Source: Malacoraja senta
Lineage: Eukaryota
Assembly (NCBI GenBank): GCA_038087875.1
Contig: CM075991.1
Coordinates: 13,084,001 to 13,148,000, forward strand
Reading direction: 5' to 3'
DNA: 64,000 nucleotides
Position numbers and translations under genes: made by a program. The notes under the pieces are model-generated. The model was given only the letters and a program-made list of their open reading frames with translations. It made no database searches and had not been told where the DNA came from. How positions within the stretch are numbered: position 1 is the first letter of the stretch; the number at the start of each line of letters is the position of its first letter. Shown piece after piece: positions 25,146 to 38,740 of this stretch.

Positions 25146-27866
25146 TAGGTATGTTACAAAACTTACCTTCAGCGGCGCTGCAGTTCTGTCACTGCCCGTG
25201 TGCGTGACTTTGGCGCCTTTGAGAGGGGGGAGGGTTTAAAATGCCTTGTTTCTCCAGCCTATTCAAATCGATGTCTGTCAGGCTGTGTAGCTGCTAAAGA
25301 ATAATCGCTTCGACTGCCGTTTTATTAAGTTTCTTTTAAACCAAAGATACTGGAGGAGCTCCTCTAGTATCTTTGTTTTAAACTGCACTGGATATTTTAC
25401 GAACAGGAGTAAATTAAAAATAATCTTCTAAAGCCGTCAACGCCGACAAAGGGGACGGATTTCATGTACGGGACAGGTAAAGGAAAGCCGTTTATTTTAT
25501 ATATAAACTTGTTTCTAAGGATGCCTTTAATCAAAATTTCACGTTGCGAAAATGTCATTATGTAAATATACGAACCGGCAGTATTTTTCCTGCCGATATG
25601 AAGTTTAAATTCACCGCAAATGCAATGTTCCAAACCAGCGCGTTCCACAAAAACCCACTCGCAAGATGATTAAAATGGCCATTAATTTACGGGAATTAAA
25701 CACTAAATTCCTTCCTTTTTTTTTTTGTTTTTTTTTTTGTTCTTATTTATTGAACATGTTAAAAAAATAAAAATACAAATAAACTTATAAGCAATAAAAA
25801 AGAAAATAAAACACAAAGGAAAACAAACAAATAAGTAACTCAAATAATACAAATAATATTAGGTATGTTACAAAACTTACCTTCAGTCGCGCTGTAATTC
25901 TGCCACTGGCCGTGTGCGCGATTTTGGCGCCTTTAAGGGGGGGCGGGGTTAAAACGCGGGTTTCTCCTCCCTTGTCCTGGTTAATATTTTGTTGGAGTAC
26001 AAGCCTTGGCTGACAAATCGTTCCTAGTGGCGATTTGTGTATTTTTTATTTTTATTAAATCGTCAATGTCAGCGCAAGAGTAATTTTAAAATCAGCTCCT
26101 GAAGCGTCAACGCCGATAACGGGGACGGATTTCACACACGGAACAGGTAAACGAAAGTGGTTTCTTTAAATGTATAAAAGTGCTTCTTAAGAAGCCTTTA
26201 ATTCACATTTTTTCATGCGACTCGGTGATTTTATTCCCCGAATTAACGGCAGTATTTTTCATGCCGATACGGGGTTAAATTCACCGCAAATGAACGTTCC
26301 AAAAGATCGCGTTCCAGAAATCCTCACTCACAAGATGAATTAAATGCCCATTAATTTACAGGTATTAAACATTCAATTCCTTCCATTTGGCCTGTAAATT
26401 CATGAAAATTAGATTTAAAAATTATGTTATATTGTGAATTATTGTGTGAATGTTATTTGGACACTTAGGCTATTTAAAAATGTTAATCTATTCTTAAGAA
26501 ATTGATAGATGTTTAGATCTAGTAATTGAATTTTGCAATTAGCTACAATTAGGTAACTAACTAATTATATGTGTTAAAGAAGGAACTGTAGATGCTGGAA
26601 AATCGAAGGTACACAAAAATGCTGGAGAAACTCAGCGGGTGCAGCAGCATCGATGGAGCGAAGGAAATAGGTAACGTTTCGGGCCGAAACCCTTCTTCAG
26701 TACCTAACTAATTATATGCTTTACTTTCATGTCTTCGAAGTAAGATTGTTTTATATTTGTTTCAGAATGCTTCAATCTATAATAACTGAAAATTTATTTC
26801 AGTTATCATAATTTTTAAGAAAGTTATGGGCTTTTAACTGTCCTCGATCACAGCTTTTGTGTTAAGTCAATGGAAAAGCAATAGGGAACTAGATGCTAAT
26901 TTCTGAGTATGATAATGGCCATAACTTTTTTAATACTGAAGATATGAAAGTGAATTAAGGTTCAAATTAAACTTCTTTTTATGCTTTATCTGATGGGATA
27001 AATTGCAGACTTTATTTTTAAAATCTCAAAATTTTGTAACATTGCTAATAATATCGTTCATGTTCAAAAGGGGTAAGAAGAAGTTCGAAAACTTTTCTGG
27101 TCCTACCCCCTCTTATTTTCTATACATTTTCATGGAAAAACAAAATAATGGGAACAAATGGACCCAAAATCTGTTGAACAGTCCACAAACAAGAAATAAC
27201 CAAACAGAAAAGAAAATCACTGGTCCAGCTCATAACCATTCAATCTTTTATTTCTGAAGAGTGTTTTTAGTTTGAATAGAGTCTTACATTTTTTCAGCTC
27301 ATCATGGCTGTTATTCCAGAGACTAACACCCTTTGCTGTAACACAATGGAGTTTGGCCTATAAATTAATGACAATGAGATTTTAAAATCATGTTATATTG
27401 TGAATTATTGTGTGAATGTTATTTGAACACTTAGGCTATTTAAAAATGTTAACTTTTTCTTAAGAAATGGATAGATATTTAGATCTAGTAATTGAATTGT
27501 GTAATTAGCTACATTTGGGTAACTAACTAATTATATGCTTTAATTTCAGGTCATACAAATAAGATTGTTTCATATTTGTTTCAGAATGCTTCAATCTATA
27601 ATAACTGAAAATGTCATTCAGTTCTCTTAATTTTTAAGAAAGTTATGGGCTTTTGACTGTCCTTGATCACAGCTTTTGAGTTAAGACAATGGAAAAGCAA
27701 TAGGTAACAAGATGCTAATTTCAGAGTATGAAAATGGCCATAACCTTTTTAATACTGAAGATATGAAAGTGAATTAGGTGTCAAATTAAACTTATTTTTA
27801 TGCTGTATCTGATGGGATAAATTGCAGGCTTGATTTTTTAAATCTCAAAATTTTGTAACATTGCTA
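25146..27866. mobile_element. Non-autonomous DNA transposon (outer copy) containing nested insertions
   Basis: Ends TAGGTATGTTACAAAA / TTTTGTAACATTGCTA, with CATACTT duplicated at both flanks. Confidence 0.8.
25860..27047. mobile_element. Second copy of the same DNA transposon family, nested in the first
   Basis: Same termini, ATAATAT duplicated at both flanks, colinear with the outer copy. Confidence 0.82.
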
Positions 27867-30800
27867 CATACTTAGGCCAGAATACTGAGAATTCCTCTGC
27901 TCTTTTTGCCAAGTTATCATTTATACCAATTGTCAGAACAAAAATAAATCCTTTGTAGAATTTTTCATTTGGGGGAAATATGGTATTACATTTGGGTAGA
28001 AAAAATAAGTGGCAATGTAAACTAGAGGAAATATTCTAAAAGGGGTGCAAGAACAGAGAGACATGTGCACAGTTTCCCATGAGGAACAGAGCAGGCTGTG
28101 ATAGTGGTTTCAAAATAAAAGCATGTTGGATCATAAGCAGTCAGTGACGAACCTTTATAAAATACTTGCTCAAGCATAGATGGAAGATTGTCATGTTTAA
28201 CGCTCTGCATTGTTGGCATGGTGGTCTTCACTATACTTGCTGTTCTGTGCTTCTGTACTCTCTGCTGTGAGATAAATAGTTCCTGTTCTGAACTTTACTC
28301 TCAGCTCTTTACTGTTCTGGTCTTGAATCTCCACATTGAGCATCAGCTTTCCTGCACTCTGTGCTTGCTGCAATGCATTTAATTCTTATTGCTCTGCACC
28401 ACTTTCCCCCATTCTCAGCTTTCTTGCTGTTCTATGTGTTATTCCCTGGTTTGTACTGTGTTTGTATTTTATGTGTTAGTTCCTGGTTTGCACTGTGTTT
28501 GTGGTCTATGTTATTCCCTATATACAGTGTGTTTGTGCTGTGCTTGTGTCTGCAGTCGGTGCTTGCTATTCTGCATCGTGTGATTTTTGTACTTTAGTCA
28601 GTTGTTCTCTGTTATTTTGCCACATTAACTCGCTGTTTTGTGATGTGCACTTGCTGTTTGACATCGCACATTTATTATTCTACATTTCTTCATGTTTTGG
28701 GGTTTGCTGCTTTTTTTAATTCTCCGCCTGACTTCTCTAATCTTTTTGTATAATGATGATACCACCAGCAATTTGATCCTAATTGGAGCGAGCCGAAAGA
28801 TTCTTCGTGCATCCTCTGAAACCTTCTGATTTTGTTTCACCTCCATCTCAGTATCATCCCCACCATTCTCTATCCAATCCACTGCCCTCTTGCCACAAGC
28901 TGTCCTAAGACGTACATTAAACTGCTCCAGGTGCAATTTGCTTCATCATTGAGCAACAGCTTGGTGAGTAGCAATGATTTTCTAGACGTCACATTCCACT
29001 CGTTGGTCATTCGGTGCTGATTATTAAAGTACATGGGCTCCTATCTGTGCAGTTATTACACTTTACAAACAATGTGTTCAGCTACCAATGCATTGTGATG
29101 GATCTTATGATTAGCCTGCTGTCTCTTATGACTCTCCTGCAATTAAACAGATTGATTTCATCACCAGAGAATATTTGGGCAGATCGCCAAAGCCTGTTGG
29201 GAAGATAATATGAGCTGCGTGATGTATTTCCAGAGGATGTGGAGAGAACAGGATATTAAAACAACATGACAATACATGTGGAAAACCCTTCTATTGAGCA
29301 ATATAGCGACAATAATTAACCTCTTGTTAAACAGCTGATGTGTAGTGTTACTCTCATTCCTTCTGAAGTTGGTCAATGAAAGAATGAATGGATAGGTTTA
29401 TTGGCCAAGTATTCACATACAAGGAATTTGACGGTGCTCAGCTCGCAAGTAACAACACGACATACAATAAACAATTAAGAATAAAACATAAAACATTAAG
29501 AATAAAGCATTATAGTTTAAACATGTGAATTAAATGAAATACCAGAGCAAAAGGAGGCTACTTTTGGTTATTGAGTAGAGCTACTGCTCGTAGATAAAAA
29601 CTGTTTTTATGTCTGGCTGTGGCGGCTTTGACAGTCCGGAGTCGCCTTCCAGAGGGAAGTGCTTCAAAGAGTTTGTGGCCAGGGTGAGAGGGGTCAGAGA
29701 TGATCTTACCCGCTCGTTTCCTGGCCCTTGCAGTGTACAGTTCGTCAATGGGGGGAAGGTTGCAGCCAACAACCTTCTGAGCTGATCGAACAATTCACTG
29801 CAGCCTCCGGATGTCTTGCCTGGTGAATATTGTTGACTACAATTTTATAGGGCCTACCAGTCTATCTTAACAATAAAAGCTGGTTAATCTTACCATGAGT
29901 GAGCTGGTATCAAATTATTGTAAACCCCCAGGTAGTTTACTAATATCCCGTGGAATTAGAATGTACCAGGCCTAGCCCAACAGCTGGCATGAGATTCTGA
30001 CCCTGCACCAACAAGGTTGAACCAGCACTCTCGAGGCAATACTTACTTCTATTCCAGCAGATCATCTTCCAGGAACAAATCAAGCTCAAATGGCAGGCAG
30101 TGGAATCAATGGTGTATGTCAGTCTGGAGAATTCACTGTCCGAGCCCGACTGATCCACAGCTGATGTACACGAGGAAGGGGGGCACTGCGTGACAGCCTT
30201 TTTTTTTAATTGAAAAATACAGCATTTTTTAAAATTGAAAAATTAAGAACCTACAAACCTGCACATCTTTGGGATGTGTGAGGAAACCATAGCACATGGA
30301 GAAAAAATACGCGGTCACAGGGAGAAAGTGCAAACTCCACATAGACAGCCCCCAAGGTCAGGGTGGAACCCAGGTCTCTGACGCTGTGCGGCAGGACTCT
30401 ACCCGCTGCCTCACTGTGCTGGCCCATGTTGTAGCATTTGATTTTGAAGCTTTTTTTCTTTGTGTTTCATGTGGGGGGGTGAACTTCTTCATTGAGCTAG
30501 CAGATGATATAAAATACCAGCGGACTCTATTCCTTGGAGCACAGGCGGATGAAGGGTGTCCTTAAAGATGTGTACAAAATCTTAAGTGGAATAGATCGGG
30601 TAAATGCACAGTTTCTTGCCCTGTTTTAAGCCTAAGAAATTGGCATAGCATGACTAAAGTTCTACGTCTTTGTCATAAAATGAAAGCTGTGGATGTTACG
30701 TATGCTACCAAAACATCCTGAGTAATTTTCCCGTTTCTGAGTTCAGTTTCACTGTATATGAGCTGCTCCAACTCGACACATCATTCTAATTATACAATAA

Positions 30801-33800
30801 AGATGTCAATAAAGATTACATAGCTCACTACATCAACAATCTATTGTCCTAATTGCAATGTTGTAACTCGTAGGCGTTTTAAATTGCTGTCACAGCTTGT
30901 CTTCCTATGTTTTCCATTAACTTCCTCTTAATTCTGAGATTGAGTTTTCTTGCAGAAAGTTCAATTGAATCCATATTCTCTGCCATCAGTTTAAGGGGAA
31001 GGAAAGTTTCTGCCCAATATATCCTACTCAGGTACAAAATCCGTGTGTTTGATCTATTTAATTACTGAAGAAGATCAATTATTAATCGGGGATGGTATGG
31101 CAACAGTCTATTGGACTGTTTGTAAGAAACTAATGTCACTACACATCGCACATGTGAAAATAAAGCACATTGAACCATTGAATAAGGCAGATGAGCTAAG
31201 GGTAGACAAATGGAAGCACAATATCTGAATTATTATTGTGGAAGGTAAGCACTAGGGGGACTCTGTCTCTGTTGCGACTAGGGGGAGAGGGAGCAAGGGC
31301 GGAGCTGCGGTGTACCGAGGAGAGGGCCTCATCTATGAAAGGGCTTCATCTATGAAACTTTTAAAGTTAATGCCTTTGAGTCCAAAAGACATATGAGATT
31401 TAGTGTTTATTTGTTATTTTCTGCTGCCATTTATTTGAGTTTTCATTGTTGCTTTAACTGAAGTTGTATTGCTATCTTCTCTGTCATTGGTTGGTGCTTT
31501 AACGGTTGCTTCAATGACTTCTTGTGCTTTAAATTTTATATTGTCTGAATTTTCTTCCTCCATCATTAATCTGAATAATTGAAACCTGTTATTATACCGT
31601 TACAGACCTGAAACAATTAATTAAATCCCTGCCCACCATTTGCAACTCTTATTTGAATTCTTCTTGCCTTGAGCTTCAGACTACCTTTACATGGCGACAC
31701 TTTTTTCCACTCTGGCCCTGTGGTTGCCACAGCTCATTGGCTGCTGAAGCTTTAATCCATGTCTTTGTTTCCTCTTGATTATCCCAATGTCCTCCTGGCA
31801 ATCCTCCCCAGTTCTATCGTTCAACAACGTGACATCTTCAGAACACTGTTGTTTCTGATCACCATCATCACCTCTGCTCACGGTTACGGCCTTCATGAGC
31901 TGCAATTTAACTATTTAAAAATGTTTGTCCTTGATTCCAAATCCCTCTTTGGCCTAACCTGACCGTATCTCTCTAATATCTTCCAGGCTTACAACTCTGT
32001 TATCTTCACTCCCCCAGTTCTCGGAACCTGACTGCCACTAAATTAATCAGTTCACCCAAGATGGAACTGTGGAATTTCCTGCCTAAATCTCAACACCTCA
32101 CTTTCCTCCTGTAATTCCTCCTTGATAAAAATTTAAATCAACTGCTCATATAAGAACTTAAAAAGCTCTATGTTTAACTTTGTTCACTTTGTTTAAAAAT
32201 AAAACCAGAAGGTGCTGGGAATGTTCAGCACACCATACAACAGCTGCGGTGGGATTCAAAATTAATATTTCAGATCTAAACTGTTAACTGTTTCTCTCTC
32301 CTCAAACGACCTGGCCCATGTTTTTCCAGTATTTTATGTTTCATTTTAAATGTCTAGAATTTTCCATAAGTTAAATACATTCTTTTATTGTGCAACTGAT
32401 GACATGCCTCTATTTAAGGTGAATCAATTTTTACACTAAAATTCAAAAGTGGCGTTGAAGAAATGTCCTAATTTGAAGTCATGTTTTGGGCAGAAAATGA
32501 GGATGTGAGAGGCAAACCTCATTTCCTCTTGATGCTTTTCAGTGGACTTTACGTGGGTTTCACTTCCTTTTGATTTGTTTTGTCAAAGGAGGTTAACTGC
32601 TAACCCTACCATCAAAAACAAGTGATTAATCCATCAATAAGCTGCTTGTTTGTACCATTTGAGCTGTGACCTTCATCTCTAACCGTCAAATCCCCTTCTT
32701 ATCAAGAACTGTTTCAAAACTACTGGAATTACCCAGATTCTTTTATAGGCAACAAAATGGGAGCAGGAGCAGGCCCGCCCGCATTCAGTACTATCATGGC
32801 TGATCTGCCCCAGCTTGCTTCTGTTCCAGTTGCACATCCTCACTATTCCATAATATTTTAAAAATACAACTATGTACTGTATTTTGATACCTTCTGAAGT
32901 CAACCCTCAATATACATGAAATCTGAATGTCATACCCAATGTTCAATTGAATTCTAACTCATTTCCATTTCATTGTGCAAAACGCAGACTAAAATCTCAT
33001 ATACTGTAATGGCTGCTATAACTGACATCCACATATTTGGCAGCTGGCTACACCATGGAGGTGAAGTTGGACACATAAGCATCATGTGAGCTCTGAAACG
33101 GTCAGTAGTCGCATGAGTCACCCGTATAACATGTTAATGAGGCCATTAGCCAACCATTAAACTAGCCATTCATTCTATAAGATCAATGGAAGTATGCAGA
33201 GAAGGTAGGTCATGACATTATTTGACACAACTTCAGTGCTCCGTAACCACTAATATTCTTCTGCAGCACCATGCCTGGGCTGATGCACAGAACTCGTCAA
33301 GATATGACTCCAGAAGACACAAGGAACTGCAGATGCTGCTTTACAAAAAAAAATAAAAAAAATGCTGGAGTAACTCAGCAGGTCAGGCTTCAAGATTCAA
33401 GAATCAATGTAATTGTCACGTGCACCAATTAAGGTACAGTGAGTCTCCATACAGCCATACATACTAAGTAAAAAGCAAAAATACACACAGCACATACAAT
33501 AAAGTTTAACATAAACATCCACCACAGTGAAATCATCATTCCTCACTGTGATGGAAGGCAATAAAGTTCAGTCATCTTCCTCCTTTGTTCACCCGTGGTC
33601 GAGGCCTTTGAACGGGGCCGTTGCCGACTGTCCGCTGTTCAGGCCCTCTCGTCGGGATGATCGAAACTCCGACTTCGGAACTGATCAGAACACTCGGCGG
33701 CATGGAGCACCCGAGTCGGCCGCAACTTACCGGCGACCGCTGCTTCACGGTGTTAACGTCCACAGGCCCCGACACTGGCAATCTTTGGCAATACACCATA

Positions 33801-34804
33801 GACAATTGGCAAAAGATCGCAGGCTCCGTGATGGTAAGTCCACGCCGCACCGTGCCGTTCTATGCTCCGAGCCGGTCTCTCGGAAAGGCTGCACCACTCC
33901 ACGTTGTAGGCCGCAAAGGAGGGGGGGGGGCGGAGATGCAACACGGAGAAAAATCGCATCTCCGTCGAGGTAAGTGACTAAAAAAGGTTCCCCCCGAGCC
34001 CCCACCCCCACCCCCACCACACACATAAAACATACCAAGAGACAATAAAACAAACATTCAAGACATACTTAAAATAAAAACAGAGAAGGGACAAGACAGA
34101 CTGCTGGCGAGGCGGCCATTACAGGCGCCACCCGGTGGTGAAATTCAAAGGGATCTATAGGAAGTGCTGTCTCTAAAAGGCAGCCAGCGTCTCAAAGACC
34201 CACACCACCCTGGCCATGCTTTCATTTCCTCTTGCCATCAGGAAGAAGGTAGAGAATTGTAACTAATGTCGTGGGTTGACCAACAGCTTCTTTCATTCAA
34301 CCATCACCCTACTGAATACTACGAATTTGAACTAAACTCCAAACTATCTTGGTTTTACACAAGGGACTTTGTACTTTGTTTTGCACTATATTGGGTTTTT
34401 TTATTTATTGAACTTGTTTTTTGTTTGTTATCTTCTAAGTACTTGGAATCTAGAACCAGAGGACATAGGTTTAATGTGAGTGGGGAAAGATTTAATGGAA
34501 TCCTGAGGGGTAACTTTTTTACACCAAGGGTGGTCGTTGTATGGAACAAGCTGCTGGTGGAGGTAGTTGGGGCAGGTACTATTGCAACGTTTTAGAAACA
34601 TTTAGACAGGTGCATGGATAGGGTAGGTTTAGAGGAATATAAGCCAAAAGCAGGCAGACGAGACTAGTTTAGATGGGGCATGTTGGTTGGCATTGGCAAG
34701 TTGGGCCGAAGGGCCTGTTTCCATGCTTTATCACTCTATGACTAGACCGTGCTTACAAACTTGATGTGCTGCTGCAAGTAAGAATTTCAATGTATCATTT
34801 CACC

Positions 34805-35110
34805 ATCGCGGCACAGTGGCGCAGCAGTAGAGTTGCTGCCTTACAGCGCCGGAGACCCGGGTTCGATCCCGACTAAGGGTGATGTCTGTACGGAGCTTGT
34901 ACGTTCTCCCCGTGACCTGCGTGGGTTTTTTGTCTGAGATCTTCGGTTTCCTCTCACACTCCAAATACATACAGGTATGTAGGTTAATTGGCTTGGTAAA
35001 TGTGAAAATTGTCCCTAGTGTGTGTAGGATAGTGTTAATGTGCGGGGATCGCTGGTCGGCAGACCCGGTGGGCCGAAGGGCCTGTTTCCGCTCTGTATCT
35101 CTAAACTACT
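34805..35110 (+). mobile_element. tRNA-derived SINE (HE1-like)
   Basis: ggcacagtggcgcagcagtagag...gggttcgatcccgac head, ending ...ctgtatctctaaacta. Confidence 0.82.
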
Positions 35111-35374
35111 TTTCGGGACGTATGACTCTTTCTTGAAGACATGGATAGGTGTGGGTGGATGGGCAGCATGTACAGAAAGAGAAACAGTTAATTTTTTTAT
35201 TTTAAATCTGCATGAACAGCTGAGTGTTTCCAGCATTTTCAACTTTTATTTTCATTTGTCCAGAATCCCTTTTTCTAAAAGAATTGATTTTTGTCACAAG
35301 ATTGAAGAAGTGGTGCAGAAAAGAGTACTTCCTCTTTTTGTCACAAGATTGAAGAAGTGGTGCAGAACAGAGGT

Positions 35375-37682
35375 CTTACCTTTGTCCCCCCCCCCGTCCC
35401 CACCTCAATGAGTTCCGCGCCCTCCATGACTTGGAACGCTTCTACCGTCGCCTCCGCCTCACAGCTCACTTCCATGGGAAGGAGTCCTCGCTCCTCACTG
35501 ATGACCCCTTTTCCCGTCTCCAACGCACCCCCTCCTCATGGAACCCCCCTCGTGGCCTTCCGGCTTTAGAACTCTTCATTCAAAACTGCCGCCGTGACAT
35601 CAACCGCCTCAACTTCTCCACTCCCGTCTCACTCCAATCTCTCCCCCCCTGAACGCACTGCCATCGACTCACTCCGCAACAACCTAGATTGGGTTATCAA
35701 ACCCGCCGACAAGGGAGGTGCCGTGGTAGTCTAGCGCGTCGATCTCTACAAAGCTGAGGCCACGCGCCAACTCTCGGACACCTCCTCCTACTTACCCCTG
35801 GACCATGACCCCACTGACGAGCACCAGGCCACCATCTCCAGCACCATCACCGACTTCATCCACTCCCACGCCCTGCCCGACCGAGCCTCCAACCTCATCG
35901 TTCCCCAGCCCCGCACAGCCCGCTTTTACCTTCTCCCCAAAATCCACAAACCTGACAGTCCCGGTAGACCCATTGTCTCTGCCTGTTCGTGCCCCACCGA
36001 ACTCATCTCCACCTACCTCGACTCCATCCTATCCCCCTTGGTTAAATCCCTCCCTACCTATGTTCAAGACACCTCAGACACTCTCCGTCATCTCCGCGCA
36101 TTCCACTCTCTAGGCCCTCACCCCCTCATCTTCACCATGGACGTCCAGGATGGTCTCGAAGCCCTCCATTTTTTCCTCGACCGTAGAAGCAACCTATACC
36201 CGGCCACTGACACCCTCCTCCGCCTAGCGGAGCTGGTCCTTACACTTAATAACTTTTCATTTGACTCCTCCCATTTCCTCCAAATACAAGGCGTAGCTAT
36301 GGGCACACGCATGGGCCCCAGCTACGCCTGCCTCTTTGTCGGGTACGTAGAACAATCCTTGTTCAATGCGTACCAGGGCCCCATCCCCGACCTCTACCTC
36401 CGCTACATCGATGATTGTTTTGGTCCCACATCATGCACCCACACACAACTGACTGACTTCATCCGCTTCACCACCAACTTCCATCCGGCACTCAAATACA
36501 CCTGGACCATTTCCGACACTTCCCTACCATTCCTTGACCTCACTATCTCCATTGAAGGTGATAGACTCCTTACCGACATCCACTACAAACCCACCGACTC
36601 CCATGGCTATCTGGACTACACTTCTTCCCACCCTGCTTCCTGTAAGGACTCCATCCCCCACTCCCAATTCCTCCGTCTACGCCGCATCTGCTCCCAGGAT
36701 GAGGCGTTCCACACCAGGGCATCTGAAATGTCCTCATTCTTCAGGGAACGGGGGTTCCCCTCCTCCACCATAGATGAGGCTCGCACCAGGGTCTCTGCCA
36801 TACCCCGCAACACTGCTCTCTCTCCCCATCCCCCCACTCACAACAAGGGCAGAGTCCCCCTAGTCCTCACCTTTCACCCCACCAGCCGTCACATACAACA
36901 AGTGATCCTCCGTCAGTTTCGCCACCTCCAACGTGACCCCACCACTCGCCACATCTTCCCATCTCCCCCCATGTCTGCCTTCCGCAAAGACCGCTCCCTC
37001 CGTAACTCCCTTGTCAATTCTTCCCTTCCCTCCCATACCACCCCCTCCCATTGTACTTTCCCTTGCAACCGCAAAAGATGCAACACTTGTCCCTTCACCT
37101 CCGCCCTCGACTCCATTCAAGGACCCAAGCAGTCGTTCCAGGTGCGACAGAGGTTCACCTGCATCTCCTCCAACCTCATCTATTGCATCCGCTGCTCTAG
37201 ATGCCAGCTGATCTACATTGGTGAGACCAAGCGGAGGCTTGGCGATCATTTTGCCGAACACCTCCGGTCGGTCCGCAATAACCAACTTGACCTCCCGGTG
37301 GCTCAGCACTTCAACTCCCCCTCCCATTCCGTATCTGACCTCTCTATCCTGGGTCTCCTCCATGACCACAGCGAGCAACACCGTAAATTGGAGGAAATGC
37401 ACCTCATATTCCGCTTGGGCAGTCTACATCCTGGGGGCTTGAACATTGAATTCTCCCAATTCTGCTAGCCCTTGCTGTCCCCTTCCCTTCATCAGCCCTC
37501 TGGTTGTCTCCTCCCCTACCCCAGCCCTCGGGCTCTTCCTCCGCCTTTTTCCTTTTTTCCTTTCTTCTCCCCACCCCCTATCAGTCTGAAGAAGGGTTTC
37601 GGCCCGAAACGTTGCCTATTTCCTTCGCTCCATAGATGCTGCTGCACCTGCTGAGTTTCTCCAGCATTTTTGTGTAACTTCC
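35375..37682 (+). mobile_element. Penelope-like retroelement, near full-length but defective (RT + GIY-YIG endonuclease)
   Basis: ORF 36038-37468 has GVAMGTRMGPSYA, LRYIDD and NLIYCIRC..C...YIGET. Upstream coding region is broken by a frameshift and a stop; 3' tail carries a hammerhead-like motif. Confidence 0.93.
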
Positions 37683-37689
37683 TTTTCTA

Positions 37690-38740
37690 TGCCACACTTG
37701 CCACCAATGCTGGAACACTGAGGAACTGCAACGTGCAAGTGGGTTCAATTTCCACCAGATCCATATTAGGGTGGTCATAACAACTCTATCTCCCCCTGAA
37801 GCCCAAAAACCAATCAAATCTGCTTAACCTTACCCACTGCCTCGAGGATATAAAGTGTTGGATGGCCCAGAACTTCCTCCAACTAAATGAGAGTAAGTCT
37901 GAGGTCATCCTTCTCGGCCCCTCGGACTCAATCAAAATGATAGCAGGCAGCCTTGGAAGCCTTACCCCACTACTCAAACCTCACGTCAAAAACCTTGCCG
38001 TGATATTTGACTCAGCACTGAAATTTGACAAACAAGTCAATGCCGTGGCAAAAGCTAGCTTCTTTCAGCTTCGGACGATAGCTAAAATAAAACAATTCCT
38101 CCAGTTTGATGACCTCGAAAAGATCATCCACACATTCATCTCCTCCCGCCTAGATTACTGCAACTCCCTTTACACTGGCATCAGCCAATCTTCCCTGTCC
38201 CGCCTGCAACTGGTCCAAAACGCCGCAGCGAGACTCCTGACGGGCACCCGAAAAAGGGACCACATCACCCCGATCCTGGCCTCTCTCCACTGGCTCCCTG
38301 TGCGGTTCCATATAAACTTCAAGATCCTCCTCCATGTCTACAAAGCCCTCAATGGGCTTGCCCCCACCTACATAAAAAGTCTTCTCACCAACCACTCCAC
38401 CTCCAGGCCCCTCAGATCGGCCGACTTGGGGTTACTGAATATCCCACGGTCTAGGCATAAGCTCAGGGGCGACCGCGCCTTTGCGGTTGCAGCCCCTAGA
38501 CTGTGGAACAGCATCCCCATTCCCATCAGAACTGCCCCCTCCATCGACTCTTTTAAGTCAAGACTAAAAACTTATCTATACTCCCAAGCCTTTCCTGACG
38601 TCCTCTGAGTGAGGGCTACATGTATATACGTATGTAGTTTGTTTTGTTTATGCTATTCTTGTAACAAATGTAAAGCACTTTGGCCAACGAGTTGTTTTTT
38701 AAATGTGCTATATAAATAAATGTGACTTGACTTGACTTGA
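37690..38740 (+). mobile_element. L2-clade LINE 3' fragment
   Basis: ORF 37862-38608 (SRLDYCNSL, LQLVQNAAARLL, LHWLPV, DRAFAVAAPRLWN) and (GACTT)n tail. Confidence 0.92.

Noticed and set aside
28180..28940. Stack of Cys/Leu/Val-rich ORFs and a 103-aa minus ORF
   Set aside because: TG-rich low-complexity, loosely repetitive sequence; no domain or coherent splice structure.
33527..34057. Cluster of GC-rich overlapping ORFs
   Set aside because: Looks like an interspersed-repeat tail rather than a gene; no splice or domain evidence.
34808..34875. tRNA-like sequence as a tRNA gene
   Set aside because: It is the head of a SINE with its body and tail attached.
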